This document shows, piece after piece, positions 23,301 to 36,958 of a stretch of 64,000 nt of DNA. The first letter of the stretch is position 1. The number at the start of each line of letters is the position of its first letter. The DNA comes from Octopus sinensis (Eukaryota). A program made the position numbers and the translations under genes. The stretch lies in the NCBI RefSeq assembly GCF_006345805.1, contig NC_042998.1:167400001-167464000 (forward strand). The letters run 5' to 3'. Below the pieces are notes generated by a model that saw only the letters and a list, made by a program, of their open reading frames with translations, was not told the origin of the DNA and searched no databases.

Positions 23301-25579
23301 TCTTTTGATATATTACTACTTTCCTCACTAAAGGGTGGTACCTTATATATTACAAAACCTCCTGATATTATTTTCTTCTAAATACTGCCTCATATTTACC
23401 TCATTAATCATAATTGTTGATATGGAATTTATCTAACTATTACAATACAACACGTTACACTATTGCTATTTAATACCTCATCTAATGTTATATAATCTGG
23501 GTTTTCTTTTATATGCACTGAAATCTAGCTATATTTCTTTTACATTTGACATGTAAGTCTGTGTTAAATATATTTTAATATCACTTTCTTTTCTATTATT
23601 TGTTGCTCTATCACTTACGTGAGAAATATATATTTCAGATTGTAATATCATTTGTTACCTAGTTTGATCTTAGTTTTTATAGTTGACGACGGTATAGCAG
23701 AATAGTGAAGTGCATACCAGAAAGGGGCCTAGAATGTGTTTCAGTATTTAGTTTAAGTTAAAATCTACAAGATGTTGACTGAGATACAATAAACTGAGAT
23801 ATATATATCTCAGTTCATTATGGAGACGGATAGTATGCAACACTAAAACTAAAATGTATTATTATAGAGATAAGCGAAACGATGTGTAAAATACGAGGTA
23901 TTTTTTGTAAAATCACCTGAAGAAACGCCTCTGCACATTTAATGCAAGTACCAGTGCATGATAAGTTGAAACGATCGTAGTAGTTCTGAATAAAGAGTCT
24001 CGTCAATTTTCTATTTCTCATATTTCTGAAGTAAATCAAGTGACATATCCTTCGATATTGCGATGCACTCCACTGCGATGCAAAGAGCAACCGAACTTCC
24101 AGAATATATAGAAAACTAATAGCTGTGCCCCAAGAAACTCGCCGAGATCATGGAAGCCTACAAACGCAACATTTCGACAGTCACCCACCCAAACACTACG
24201 GAGATGAAAATATGGAAGCCCGCACGCGTAACTTTCTCAGCAGCCACAAACTTTTCGCTCGAGTCACGAACTTTTGTATACATAGACTATTTGAAACTAT
24301 CAACTACTTCCCTGCATGTACCTATTCTTTCTTGCATTTCAGTTCCAACGTTGTTTTCACTTTTTTGCACACTCCTTCCAACCAGTTTTTTTTTTTCACT
24401 TTTGTTACACATTTCGTACTGTTTCTGCTCTGCAAACTTTTTATTTGTATACATGTAACACATTCATAAACCGCAACGTGAAAACTAATTCTGCAACTAC
24501 ACATTCCGGGAGGACTCATTTCCGCCACGACTCATTTCCGCGACGACTAATTCCGTGAAGACAATTAATCCATGTGCTTGTGTTTTTATAATGTTCCGTA
24601 TTTTTAATAATGTATGTGTCTTTTTGGTCACTTGCACATTTTTCATGCACAAACGTTGTACACTTCTCCTGGTTGCACGTTTTTTCGCTACATATTTGCC
24701 TTTAAATATTTGCAATATTTCACAGCTCAATTAAATTTTTGCTGCTCTATCCAACGTTTATATACACATGCCTGCATGCTTGCACTTAGTCACATACACG
24801 CACTTAAATATTGTGCTTTAACTAACTTGTTTCAGCATGTCTGTGCCTGCTCAGCTTCTTTGCCCGACTCAACGCACGCCGGATGTCTCTGCGCCCTTGT
24901 TTCAAGACACAGCTTGCTTCTGTAAGACCACAAGTTGCTCACGGTATACACAGAGAAAGTTTGCCTGTCTCTCTCAATGCGCCAGCATACCACGCTTTGT
25001 CGTTCTTGCTTAACCACAGCAAATGCCCTCGACCACAGCGCCAGACTAATTTCGCCTCTGCACTTCTTTCAAGGCATTTCACACTGCATGCAAACCTGCC
25101 TGAAAAATTTCAACTTATATCACTCACTCACTCATCTGAGCTCCTTTCGCAGCTGCACAGTTCTATTGCTCACGTACACGCAACTCACACGCATACTCAC
25201 TCAACGCTGCTCCAGTCATGCACAGACTGCACAATTCGAACGCACAGCAACACTGAACAATTCGGATTCACTCGAATAGATATCTGTCCCGTATACACCT
25301 GAATGATTCTCTCTCCTGATATACACGATACATCTCGGCTTTGCATCATATTCATCTGCATATTTTTCACATTTGAACGTTGTTTTCACTTTTTGCATAA
25401 TGCACATTCCTGCAATTTGTTTTCGTTACTGGCCGTTCCGAAGTGCATATTTCGTACCATTTCACATGCACTCCAAGCTCGCGCGTTTACTGTATATTTC
25501 ATAACATGCACTCACTTACTTTACTCTACACACATTTTACTTTTACACCCTCTCCTTAATCGTTCGTTCTTTAGAAACT

Positions 25580-25685
25580 CTTTACGGGAAGGGAGGTAGT
25601 GCAGGTGGAAGTTTCCTCTGCTTCGCTGAGATTCGAAACCGAATCCACACACCTGTTGCTTGTTAGACGAATGTCTGATCCTTTG
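25580..25685 (-). mobile_element. tRNA-like SINE head
   Basis: Minus strand: ggatcagacattcgtctaacaagcaacaggtgtgtggattcggtttcgaatctc. Confidence 0.5.
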
Positions 25686-25836
25686 TGTTTTATCTCTATG
25701 CTAGGAGATTAATGAGAAACACCTGACCTTCGGTAGCCGTGGAAAGATCAATCTATTATTTTACGTTTGACCTACTTCCTGGCCAAACCGTGAAGGATTC
25801 GCTTCCCTTTTTGATTTTCGGCTGGCTAACCGAGAA

Positions 25837-25926
<90 letters not shown>

Positions 25927-26321
25927 GTTTTTAACCTGCTAACCGAGGGCATCTTTCGACCAAATGGAAAGAGACAACGCAGTTCTTACTCTTTCTTCCT
26001 TTCTGTCAACAGACCATTAACTTGGCTTACACACACAGTTTCCAACACACGCTAAGAACGTGCGATTGCGTTTACAGCCACGTTTGTGTTACTAACCACA
26101 GTCGGCAAAATAAACTCTGTGAATATTATTCTCTTCTCTTCGATGTTGTTATTACTGTCTCATCCTGCTTTCGATCATCTTACATATAGCGACCCCCAAC
26201 GCGAAACAAGAACTGCTATTTCTACGTCAAGTAACTTCTCATTTGTACGCTACAATTGGTAACTCCGAAGTAAGAGCCACATCCGTCCATTTTATATATA
26301 TGTATAAATATATATGTATAA

Positions 26322-26390
<69 letters not shown>

Positions 26391-26899
26391 AGATTGTCTT
26401 CGTTTATGTGAATCATATGCTTCTCAACCACGCTGAGCATGTCGTTTCCGTTTTCCACACGTTCAACCATATGTATTTATATATGTATAAAGTGTGTGTG
26501 TGTGTGTGTACGTACGTACGTGAGTGCGAGCGTGCGCGTGCGTGTGTTCTCGAGGTTGTAGATTTGCACTCATGCAGATTGATGTATATATATTTAAATG
26601 CTAAACCGATAAACCGTAAGCATTCCAGCGACGAAATACAATTTACATTTCTGCTCACAGAGAACAATGCCATAAATAGAACTCATGTTCATATATTGTT
26701 ACACATGTATTTATACAAGTGTTGCATATGGTGACTAAGGTATTCACTTAAAAGTAATAAAACAACAGTTGAAAAGAATGCAAGTTAGGACACATTAAAC
26801 CATTGAAAAGAATATAAGTAAAGCAAATATGGGTCCGTTATTGAGAAGAAAATGAAAATGAGTGATGGTATGATGACAGTTGATGTTGAACTATATTTG

Positions 26900-27120
26900 G
26901 TATCAGGCATATGATGACAAGTTCACTGTAGATTTAGATGTTCGACCACATTTTATGCAGATGTGCTTTAGGGTGTTTGGTGCAACTTTTGATTTCCCCA
27001 CAAGTTTGTACACATGGTAGAGATACGATCAGTACAGCTGGTTTGTTGAGTTACTGGCATTAGCTTATGGAGCACTGTATTTCATGACTTCAAAGAGATG
27101 CTTCTTCTCTTTGACATATG
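26900..27120 (-). mobile_element. RTE-type LINE 3' remnant
   Basis: Minus-strand frame ...TLKHICIKCGRTSKSTVNLSSY resembles the RTE C-terminal Cys motif. Confidence 0.45.
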
Positions 27121-27194
27121 TATATGTGAGTATGTATGTATATATTTTAGGGAGGGGTTGCAAATTTTGCGCATCTGTTTTACTCGTATTGATT

Positions 27195-27375
27195 TAAAAT
27201 TTTGGCACAAGGCCAGCATTTTCGGAGTAGAGGGTGAACGGATTACATCGACCCCAGTGCTCGACTGATACTTATATTAACGACCCTCGAAAGGAGGAAA
27301 GGCAAGTCGACCTCGGCAGAATTTGAACTCAGAACGTAAAGACGGATGAAATGTTGCTAAGCATATTGCCTGGCA
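27195..27375 (-). mobile_element. SINE family A (another copy at 27700-27905)
   Basis: aaggcaagtcgacctcggcagaatttgaactcagaacg. Confidence 0.8.
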
Positions 27376-27394
27376 TCTTAATGATTTTCTTACA

Positions 27395-27700
27395 TAATAC
27401 ATGAGTAACAGGAAGAAGAATCTGGAGCATGCGAACGGTAAAGGTTTAATCCTATAATAATTGGTGCATTGGGAACAGCAAGCCAAGATGTAGACAAATG
27501 GCTGAAGGAGATTGAAATAGAATGCCCTGTAGAGCTCCTACAGAAAGTTTGTCTCCTAAGGACAGCAAGGATTATCAGGAGGGTTCTAAGCACTTAAAAG
27601 ACTGTTGAAAACTTGTGGATACTTAAGGTTACAGGCAGTAACCCGCTACCCACGTAAATCTTACCAGGAGTAAGACCGAACCTGAGTCAAACCAAAATAT
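27395..27700 (+). mobile_element. R4/Dong-like LINE 3' end
   Basis: PIIIGALGT...KWLKEIEIECPVELLQKVCLLRTARIIRRVLST*. Confidence 0.75.
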
Positions 27701-28019
27701 TTTTGACACAAGGTAAACAATTTCGGGAAGAGGGTAAGGCGATTACACTGATCCCCAGTGTTCAACTAATACATATTTTATCGACCCCGGAAAGATGAAA
27801 GGCAAAGTCGACCTTGCCGGAATTTCAACTCAGACCGTATAGACAGACGAAATGCCGCTAAACATTTTGCTCGACGTATTAACGATTCTGCTAGCTTGCC
27901 GCTTTCCCGTTTTACTCATATTCCCACCAATTATACACCAATTCAATCAGCAAGAAATTCACTTGTTTGAACTGTTGAATAATTATCGTCGAAATTGACG
28001 GAGAGCCATTTGCTTAAAA

Positions 28020-28053
28020 CTATATCTATAAAAGGCAGGATGTGTGTGTGTGT

Positions 28054-28095
<42 letters not shown>

Positions 28096-28420
28096 TGAAT
28101 GTACTTTATGCACGTCCACAAATTAGCACGCATGTCGCTCCAATTTTAGGAGGACATTGGTTACGATCATGGCTGTGCTTTTGCCAACTTATTTTTCCCG
28201 AGGCACCGCCTGATACCGGTAAAAATAGCTTTTCAACTATAACTTTTACCAATTTTCACGTCGGTGAAATCCGTAAGTTTGCTAACATGAGTTAACTCCC
28301 CTGTCATAAATTAATTCACCTTACTACAATGCCTCCGAAAGAAATTAGATTTAGACTACCTAAGCAATCTCAGCGTAGGAAAAGAGAAAGAGCTGAAGAG
28401 ACTAACTATCAGCAGACCCA
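28020..28420 (+). mobile_element. Possible Helitron 5' fragment
   Basis: tctataaaaggcagga plus (GT)n start; short basic ORF start MPPKEIRFRLPKQSQRRKRERAEET. Confidence 0.4.
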
Positions 28421-29469
28421 TTTGTAAAATATTATAACTTTTTGGCCCGAAACCTGGCAATAACAGCTTGCAGATATTCCGCTACAAAACATTCAATAAT
28501 ATTGAAGCAGTAACTTTCATAAATCAGGGTAATAATTTTTGAAGACTCTTTCTGAACCCAGTCAACTATTTCTGCTAGTACTTGATATTTGTTAGCGATA
28601 TGATGTGTGTTGTTGCTCTTTATTTAAACTTAATTATTTTGTAGTCTATTATTAGTACTAATTTATAGTATTGTGGCATGTTTTTCTGGTTTGCTTTACG
28701 ACATATTTGATTGTGTTCATTTGTTCTATAGTTAATATGCATTTGGGTCATCAAAAACATTTTATATGTGGTTTGCGTATTTTTAATAAGATTTCTGTAT
28801 GATGTAGTTGTTGTACGTATGTTTATATTGTTCTATGCCTCAGTAACTTAATTTGTCAGAATGCTCTGTATTCGTTTGTGTGAACTTTCTTTATTTGCTT
28901 TGCTTGTGGAGAGAATTTAAGTGCGTTTCTAAGTTTACGGCTTTCATCTTCATGCATATTCACAGTTCTTTGTATAAACATATACATTTACTTGTCTTTG
29001 GTGTAAACGGACTGATCTTTTGTCTTTCACTTGTTTCAGTCATTAGACTGCGCCCATGCTGGGGTTACGCCTTGAAGAATTTTTAGTCGAATGAATTGAC
29101 CACAGTACCTATTCAAAGTTCAGATCAATAATCTTGCAAATTAAATAGAAAAAAAATAGTTTATATAATTTGATTTTCAATTAGGTGGTATTATTATTGT
29201 TCAGAATCTTCATAAATTTCTTACATTTTTTCATTGCGTAAATCCTTAATTTTGACAGTATATTAGGAATATATCGAAAACATTCATGCAGGTAGAAATA
29301 AAATGCAACACTTAAATAAGATAATAACCACACCTATTGAAGATACATAAAGTATATTATATGAATGAAATGCATATTTATACAAAAGATAAACAATCTT
29401 AGAAACATCGCTAGACAAAGCACAATATGCATTATTCCGAAGCATGAACTGACAGCATATATAGATATA

Positions 29470-29521
<52 letters not shown>

Positions 29522-29636
29522 GGTGGGTGGGTAACAGAAGGATAAAATAACGTTAACGATTTTTATCAGGTCGTCAGAAGGAAATAAAAATTTATGGATA
29601 TTTTATATATTAAATTAATAATTATTTATATAATCA

Positions 29637-29974
29637 AAATAAGTAACAGGATATCAAGTAGTAATGTAGTACGACCGCTTCAAACGGCTCCATTTAATTG
29701 AACGATGCAATCATTACATTAATTTAAATGCAGTGCTATCTTCAACCACTTTGCTACAATAGCAACAACATGAATTTCTTCCATCTTCTAACTCTGTTAA
29801 AATAGTTAAGAAAAATTATATTAATGTGTCCTATTTGTTAAAAAAAAACTTTATATTTTGTGCAGCTGAAGATATCACTGCATTTAAATTGATATAACGA
29901 TTTCCTTGTTCAATTAAATAAAGCCGCTTGAAACGGTCGTACTGCATTACTACTTGATATCCTGTTATTTATTT
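29637..29974. mobile_element. Foldback element with HHR-bearing inverted arms
   Basis: Arms ~29637-29746 and 29862-29974 are diverged reverse complements. Confidence 0.7.
29862..29945 (+). ncRNA. Type I hammerhead motif, long imperfect stem II
   Basis: GCAG-CTGAAGA(29866-29872)...GAAAC(29930-29934)-GGTC-GTA-CTGC. Confidence 0.55.
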
Positions 29975-30044
29975 CAATTCGAGCAGTGCGAATAATACCC
30001 TAAGTACTTAATTCAAATTAATCTTAATTATTTCTTTATATATT

Positions 30045-30078
<34 letters not shown>

Positions 30079-30239
30079 TGTATGTATGTATGTATATATG
30101 TATACACATGTAAGTATGTATGTATGTATGTATGTATGTATGTATGTATGTATGTATGTATGTATGTATGTATGTATGTATATATGTATGTATAGTAACA
30201 GATTTTTATTATCCTCACGTGGTGAGTTATAATATATGT

Positions 30240-30683
30240 AAGAAATTAAAGAAGGAAAATGCATACACTTTACATTTTTTAATATATTTTTAATGTATCT
30301 TATATTGTGTTTGTCGACCGGTTTCGCTTTCGCTAATCATGACATTAAAATGAATTTAATTACGTATTTTCTTAAGAAAAAATCTTTTGTCCATGTTGTG
30401 TGAGGAGGAGTTTATAAGTGAGTGATTCAACAGGTAGAAAAATTTAAGGGGAGGTAATTGGTGATCGTTATTATTGTAGACAGAGGAAATAACGACCAGC
30501 AATTACCTCCCCTTAGATTTTTCTACTTGTTGAATCATTCACTTATAAACTCCTCCATACGTAATTAAAATAATTTTAATGTCATTATTAACAAAAGCGA
30601 AACCGGTCGACAAACACAATGTAAAATATATTATAAAATATATTAAACTATATAAAGTGTATGCCTTTCCTTCTTTAATTTCT
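30240..30683. mobile_element. Long imperfect palindrome with decayed minimal HHR in each arm
   Basis: Centre ~30473-30487; minus 30312-30344 reads TGTC-ATGATTA-GC-GAAA-GC-GAAAC-CG-GTC-GACA; mirror at 30580-30612. Confidence 0.7.
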
Positions 30684-31140
30684 GAGATATATATTTATAT
30701 ATATATATATATAATTATATTAAGGGAGCAGGGCGAAACGACCTATCTCCTACATGCTTCAAATAAATCCCGCGGCATTCTTAGTGCCTCGGAATTTATT
30801 TAAAGCATGTAGGAGATAGGCTTGCTGCCTTAATATGATTATATATACATATATGATTATTAATTTTATATATGTATTTGTATGTATGAATGTATCTGTG
30901 TATCTTTTAAATTTGTTTATGGGAAATGTTTTGAATATGCAAATAAAGCTCCTATTCTATTATACCCGCAAAAGGCTAATAAAGAACCAGTAATCATCCA
31001 AGGAATGCGGAGTGTTATCTTAAAAGACAAGTTATTATTATTATTATTAATAATATTATTATTATTATTATTGTTATTATTATTATTATTATTACTACTA
31101 TCATTATCATCATTATTATTATTATTAATATTATTATTAT

Positions 31141-31185
<45 letters not shown>

Positions 31186-31372
31186 ATATGAAAAAGTGGA
31201 TGTCACCACGATATTCTGCTGATTTTACGTGCTACCTACAGTAGTTTATAAAATGAACAACTTGCACTATGCAATTTATAACAAACACATTAGTGCAAGC
31301 ATACACTATACACTATAGTAAATTACTTTGCATGAGGTTGGCTGAGAAACCATATATATATATTATATATAT

Positions 31373-31410
<38 letters not shown>

Positions 31411-31554
31411 CTACAAAAACATTAAAAGTAAGACCGTCTTAGCTTTAAGAAATGTAAAGCATGTAAACCCACAAACTACCAATGACCATTGTAGGTTATA
31501 AACTTTTCTGACTTGCAAAATTCTGAGCTTCACGATTTGCTCATGTATTGGCCA

Positions 31555-31720
31555 TCAGTGCTGTCATGAGGCATAGGTACTCAGAGCAAGTACTCAAGGG
31601 CTCCTTGGATCAAGAGACTCAATTCCGTTATATATGTGTTGTGGCTTGCTGTCGATAAGTACTATACGGCCCAATGCATTTATTTGCCCGGAGGCTTACA
31701 ATGCTACTAAGATAGCTCTG
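31555..31720. mobile_element. Short hAT-like MITE (CAGGGCCG-type ends, decayed)
   Basis: cagtgctgtcatgaggcatagg ... ggcccaatgcatttatttgcccggaggcttacaatgctactaagatagctctg. Confidence 0.4.
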
Positions 31721-32582
31721 TTAGCCATATACATATGGCACTCATCTGCCGGTTCGCCCTTACAATGCACTTACGACTATATAACGCACGTTAAATTTAG
31801 ATAGGAAAACAATGAACAAATACTCTAGATTTCACCACGGAAAGAGGGGAGTAATGACGGAAACAGTATTCATATGTAACACAGTCAGAGACAAAATATT
31901 AACTGACGAAGTGTATTTCTAACTGTGCTGATATCTACACCGTTTACTTGGATGAGCCCTATCTGTTGTAAAAAGGTAAACTTGATGATGGTTTAGAGAA
32001 CTTTACTGTTCTAAATATATTGCAAGGAACTCAAACAAAATTAGGAAAAACCACCATAAAAAGTTGTATTTCAATAGATGGAAAAAAAGTAAAGGTAGAA
32101 AATGCTAAACTAATTTTATAAAAGACACTTCAGTACCGGTTTCAGTCATTGAGACTTTTACAACTGTGAGTATGGAAAAACAATTAAATTTTGGAAAAAT
32201 TAAATATAAAGTTTTTTAAAAGAATATTTGCACAGTATTGAAATACAAGGGGCATTTTCCTTGTTCCTGCCTATCTCTGTCTCTCATGTTTACTCTTGTG
32301 GGTTCGAGGTCGTTGTGAATTCTTGGCGGAGAAGATATGTGTGTGTGTGTGTATGTGTGTGTGTGTATGTGTGTGTGTGTATGTTGTATGTATGTATGTA
32401 TGTATGTATGTATGTATGTATGTATGCATGTATGTATGTATGCATGTATGTATGTATGCATGTATGTATGCATGTATGTGCGTGAGTATGTGCATGTATA
32501 TATTCTTTTATTCTTTTGCACTTTTCGGTCATTTCATTGTGGCTATGCTGGAGCACCGCCTTAGTCGAAATTGACCCATATA

Positions 32583-32606
<24 letters not shown>

Positions 32607-32613
<7 letters not shown>

Positions 32614-33553
32614 CATTAATATAAAAGGGCTTAGTAAAATAAATTACTTTGCCACATACTGAACTCATTAGAAATAGCAGCCAAAAAAGTTTTTTAGCTA
32701 TTTCTAATACTTAAAGAAAATTTCTCTCAGATAGTGTTTACTCAAAATAACCCACGAAGGTATGGGGGTAAAAAACATTAAAAAATCACAAGTGTAAAGA
32801 TTATTTGAGAACGTTACGTTTCTAGATCAGCCAAATAAAATTCGACATTTCTTTCGTCAGCCCAAAATTTCTTAATTTGGATTTTATATTAATGTAATAT
32901 TTTGAATTCGCCTTAAATGGTCCTTTTACATACTGAATACTTGGTGAAATTGATTAATAACTAATTAATTTTACCCTCAATTGTTGAAATTATAATTCAT
33001 TTCTCTCTGTTTATTGCCTTGGTTTTCACCGCTAAAATATGGTGTTTGCTAGTTTAGCCCACGTGGATGGAAGGGGAGAGCAGGAATTCTTCGCTTGCAT
33101 ATTTTGAATTTGTTGGCACTGTCAGTTTGAACGGGCCATCTGAGGTGTTAAGTCGCCAAAAGGGTATGTTCCTACTTTCAGTGTTTCCAAATCCAAATTA
33201 AGAAATTTTGGGCTGACGAAAGAAATGTCGAATTTTATTTGGCTGATCTAGAAACGTAACGTTCTCAAATAATCTTTACACTTGTGATTTTTTAATATTT
33301 TTTACCCCCATACCTTCGTGGGTTATTTTGAGTAAACACTATCTGAGAGAAATTTTCTTTAAGTATTAGAAATAGCTAAAAAACTTTTTTGGCTGCTATT
33401 TCTAATGAGTTCAGTATGTGGCAAAGTAATTTATTTTACTAAGCCCTTTTATATTAATGTAATATTTTGAATTCGCCTTAAATGGTCCTTTTACATACTG
33501 AATACTTGGTGAAATTGATTAATAACTAATTAATTTTACCCTCAATTGTTGAA

Positions 33554-33555
<2 letters not shown>
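32607..33555. mobile_element. 565-nt unit with 109-bp direct terminal repeat plus ~275-bp inverted copy; PLE/retrozyme-like
   Basis: 32882-32990 = 33447-33555 (direct); 32607-32883 = reverse complement of 33190-33466. Confidence 0.85.
33207..33269 (+). ncRNA. Type I hammerhead motif (mirror copy at 32804-32866, minus)
   Basis: TTTGGG-CTGACGA(33213-33219)-A-AGA..GTCGAA/TTTGGC..TCT-A-GAAAC(33251-33255)-GTAAC-GTT-CTCAAA; 6-bp stem I. Confidence 0.65.
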
Positions 33556-33624
<69 letters not shown>

Positions 33625-33626
<2 letters not shown>

Positions 33627-33780
33627 ACGGGCTTCTTTCAGTTTCCGTCTACCAAATCCACTCACAAGGCTTTCGTCGGCCCGAGGATACAGTGGAAGAT
33701 ATCCCCCAAGGTGCCACGCTGTAGAACAGAGCCCGGAACTATGTGGTTGGGAAGCAAGCTTCTTACCACACAGTCGCGTA
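33625..33780 (-). mobile_element. SINE family C head
   Basis: tttcagtttccgtctaccaaatccactcacaaggc...tgtggttgggaagcaagcttcttaccacacag. Confidence 0.8.
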
Positions 33781-34362
33781 TGTATTATTTAAAAAAATTT
33801 CCACTTGTAATTCTAAAAGAACAATTTTACATTAATCTGAAGGATGACGCCATACTTTTGTAGAATACAAATTTATTACTCTTTAACAAGAATATTGACT
33901 GCGACTTCACACACACAGAAATAAATGAAAGAGGGATGTTATTGGAACAAGTGGAGTCGATATAGAAAGAGTCATATTAGTTGTAGAGATTATAAATGAT
34001 AACAACCCGTCTACAAAAAAACAAAATACTATGCGAAAGATAGAGAAGATAGTCAGTGGAAAGAAGATATGGAGATAAAATATAGTCGAAAGGAAAGAGA
34101 GAAAGTATATAGAAGAGGGAGACAGTGGGGGGAAAAGAGAAAAGGAGGGAGAAGAAATATATACTGTTTTGTTTTTCTTTATTATCAGTGACAGTGTAAA
34201 TATGTATATGAAAGAGAGTGAGAGAGAGAGATAGAGAGACTAAGAGAGAAGGGAAGAAGGATAAAAAGAATAAAAGCGGTGAATGTTTTTGTCAGCGATA
34301 GAGTAGGAGAGAAAGAGAAAGGGTTAAAGAGAATTATTTATATAGTGTGAGTGTGATGTCTA

Positions 34363-34405
<43 letters not shown>

Positions 34406-34786
34406 ATATATACACACACATATATATATATATATACACATATATATTAAATATATATATATATATGCGTGTGTATGTGTATGCATACATATAGATATGG
34501 CTAGAGAGATATAGATACACGCATGTACAACTGTGCATATTTACAAATACATGTGATTTTATGTGTGTGTATTGTGCACATATAGATCTGTATATATATA
34601 TATGCACACACACGCGAACACTCATGCACCCACAAACACTCACATACACGTACACATTCACGCACGTGTTTGCATGCATGCATATGCATATCTCTCGTTT
34701 TCTCTAGCCCTCTCTCGATCTCTTTCTCTCTCTGTCTGTCTGTCTGTCTGTCTCTCTACCTCTCTCTCCCTCTCTCTCCCCCTCTC

Positions 34787-34833
<47 letters not shown>

Positions 34834-34899
34834 AAACAAGAAAAAGCAAACAGGCTAGCTAACTGTCGCCCCGCCAAATCCTTCACCACTTCGACGACA

Positions 34900-35876
34900 C
34901 CCGCGTCACCCACCCACCCACCCCCCACCGCCAGCCTAACCCCCCCCCCACCTCTCCCACACTTCAACTTCCATTACCACCACCACCACCACCACCACAA
35001 CCACCACCACAACCACCACCACAACCACCACAAGCACCACCACCACCTCCATCACCACCAACAACACTACCAGTCCCCTGCCCTAATAGTGTATGCACTG
35101 ACGAGTGTTATAAGCAGGTTCTCTCTCCATGGCGCACAACCTCGCCGTTCCCCGCCTCGCCCCGTTCTTTCCTCAACGATCTCCTCACCCGCGCACATAC
35201 ATGCATACATAACATACATACATACATACATGCATACATACATACACAGGTTGGCTCAATTGCCGCATTTCCTCATCACGCCACCGGACACTCCACCAAT
35301 CCTGACGCGCCTTATCACAGATTTATTTATTTATTTATTTATTCGTTTATTTTATTTTCTTGTTTTTTTTTTTTAAATTTATTTTTATGGCTTTGCTGCT
35401 CCCACCGTTCCTCCCCCCACCCACCCAACTATCACTACCAGCTCCACCACCGTCACCACTTTCACCACCTTCACCATCACCATCACCATCACCACTGCCA
35501 CCAGCACTACCACCACCACCATCCCCGCCATCACCACCAACATCGCCACCACCACTACCACCACCGTAACTACCCCGCCGTCGCCGCTGCTGCTGCTGTT
35601 ACTAGTACTACAACTATCTCTACAACTACAACTACTACTACTACTACTATGACTACAACTACTACTACTACTACGACAACTACTACTACTATAACTACTA
35701 CTACTATGACTACAACTACTACTACTACTACTACTAATACTACTACTACTACTACTACCACTACTACTACTACCACTACTACTACCACTACTACTACGAC
35801 AACTACTACTACTACTACAACTACTACTACGACAACTACTACTACTATAACTACTACTACTACTACTACTACTATA

Positions 35877-35920
<44 letters not shown>

Positions 35921-35940
35921 CACTGATGCTGCTGCTGCCG
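34900..35940. repeat. Trinucleotide low-complexity block: (CCA)n, (CAT)n, (ACT)n, (GCT)n
   Basis: Direct reading; (ACT)n tract ~35600-35922. Confidence 0.9.
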
Positions 35941-36578
35941 TTCTTTTGATATTGATTTTGTTGTTGGTGTTAACTGTTGCTGTTAGCGTATGTATGAGGG
36001 GGGGGCGAAGCTGAAGTCGTTGAAGTTTTCCAATTTCTCATTTTTTTATTGTGTGTGTGTATGTTGGTTTATTCTGCCTTTCTTAAAACTTCTTAACCCC
36101 CACCCGCCCACCCTCCACATAGTACCCACCCCCACCCTCATCATTCTCCTTTTTTGCTTATCACCCATTTCTCTTTTTTTCTTTTGTATCAATTTCTTTC
36201 TCTTTTGGCCCCCCTCTCTCTCTCTCTCTCTATATCTCTCTCTCTCTTTCGCTCCTCTGTCAAGTTTATTCTTCTTCATCTCTTCTATTCTAATTTATAC
36301 CCCTTACCCAAAATCCTCCACGTATGCGCGACTACCACCGTCAAAACTACCAACCATCAGTCGCCAACCTTAACCGTCAAAACCACTTCCATCATCATCA
36401 TCATCACCACCATCATTCTTGTCATCATTATCAGCATCGTCATCATCACTACTACTATCACCATTATACCATCACTACTACTTTCGACGTCACTACCTCC
36501 ATCCAGATTTGTCAACGGCATCGTAACCTGTAGCTTTAAACGCCATATAAATACATATACCAATGTTTGAGTGATGTA

Positions 36579-36626
<48 letters not shown>

Positions 36627-36627
36627 A

Positions 36628-36658
<31 letters not shown>

Positions 36659-36875
36659 TGTGTGTGTGTGTAGGGACGCACACATACCCGCGTGCGCACA
36701 AACTCACAGATATTCACACACATACATATACAGCTTTACAGTTGCGTGTTTCTGTAGTTGCCCATGTCTGAACTTGTGTAACTGTACGAAATTTGCTGCC
36801 AGACTGCAAATGATTGGTTAATATGTATGATGCATGTGTATATTCACGTGCACGCACTGTCTCTCTCACACGCAT

Positions 36876-36958
<83 letters not shown>

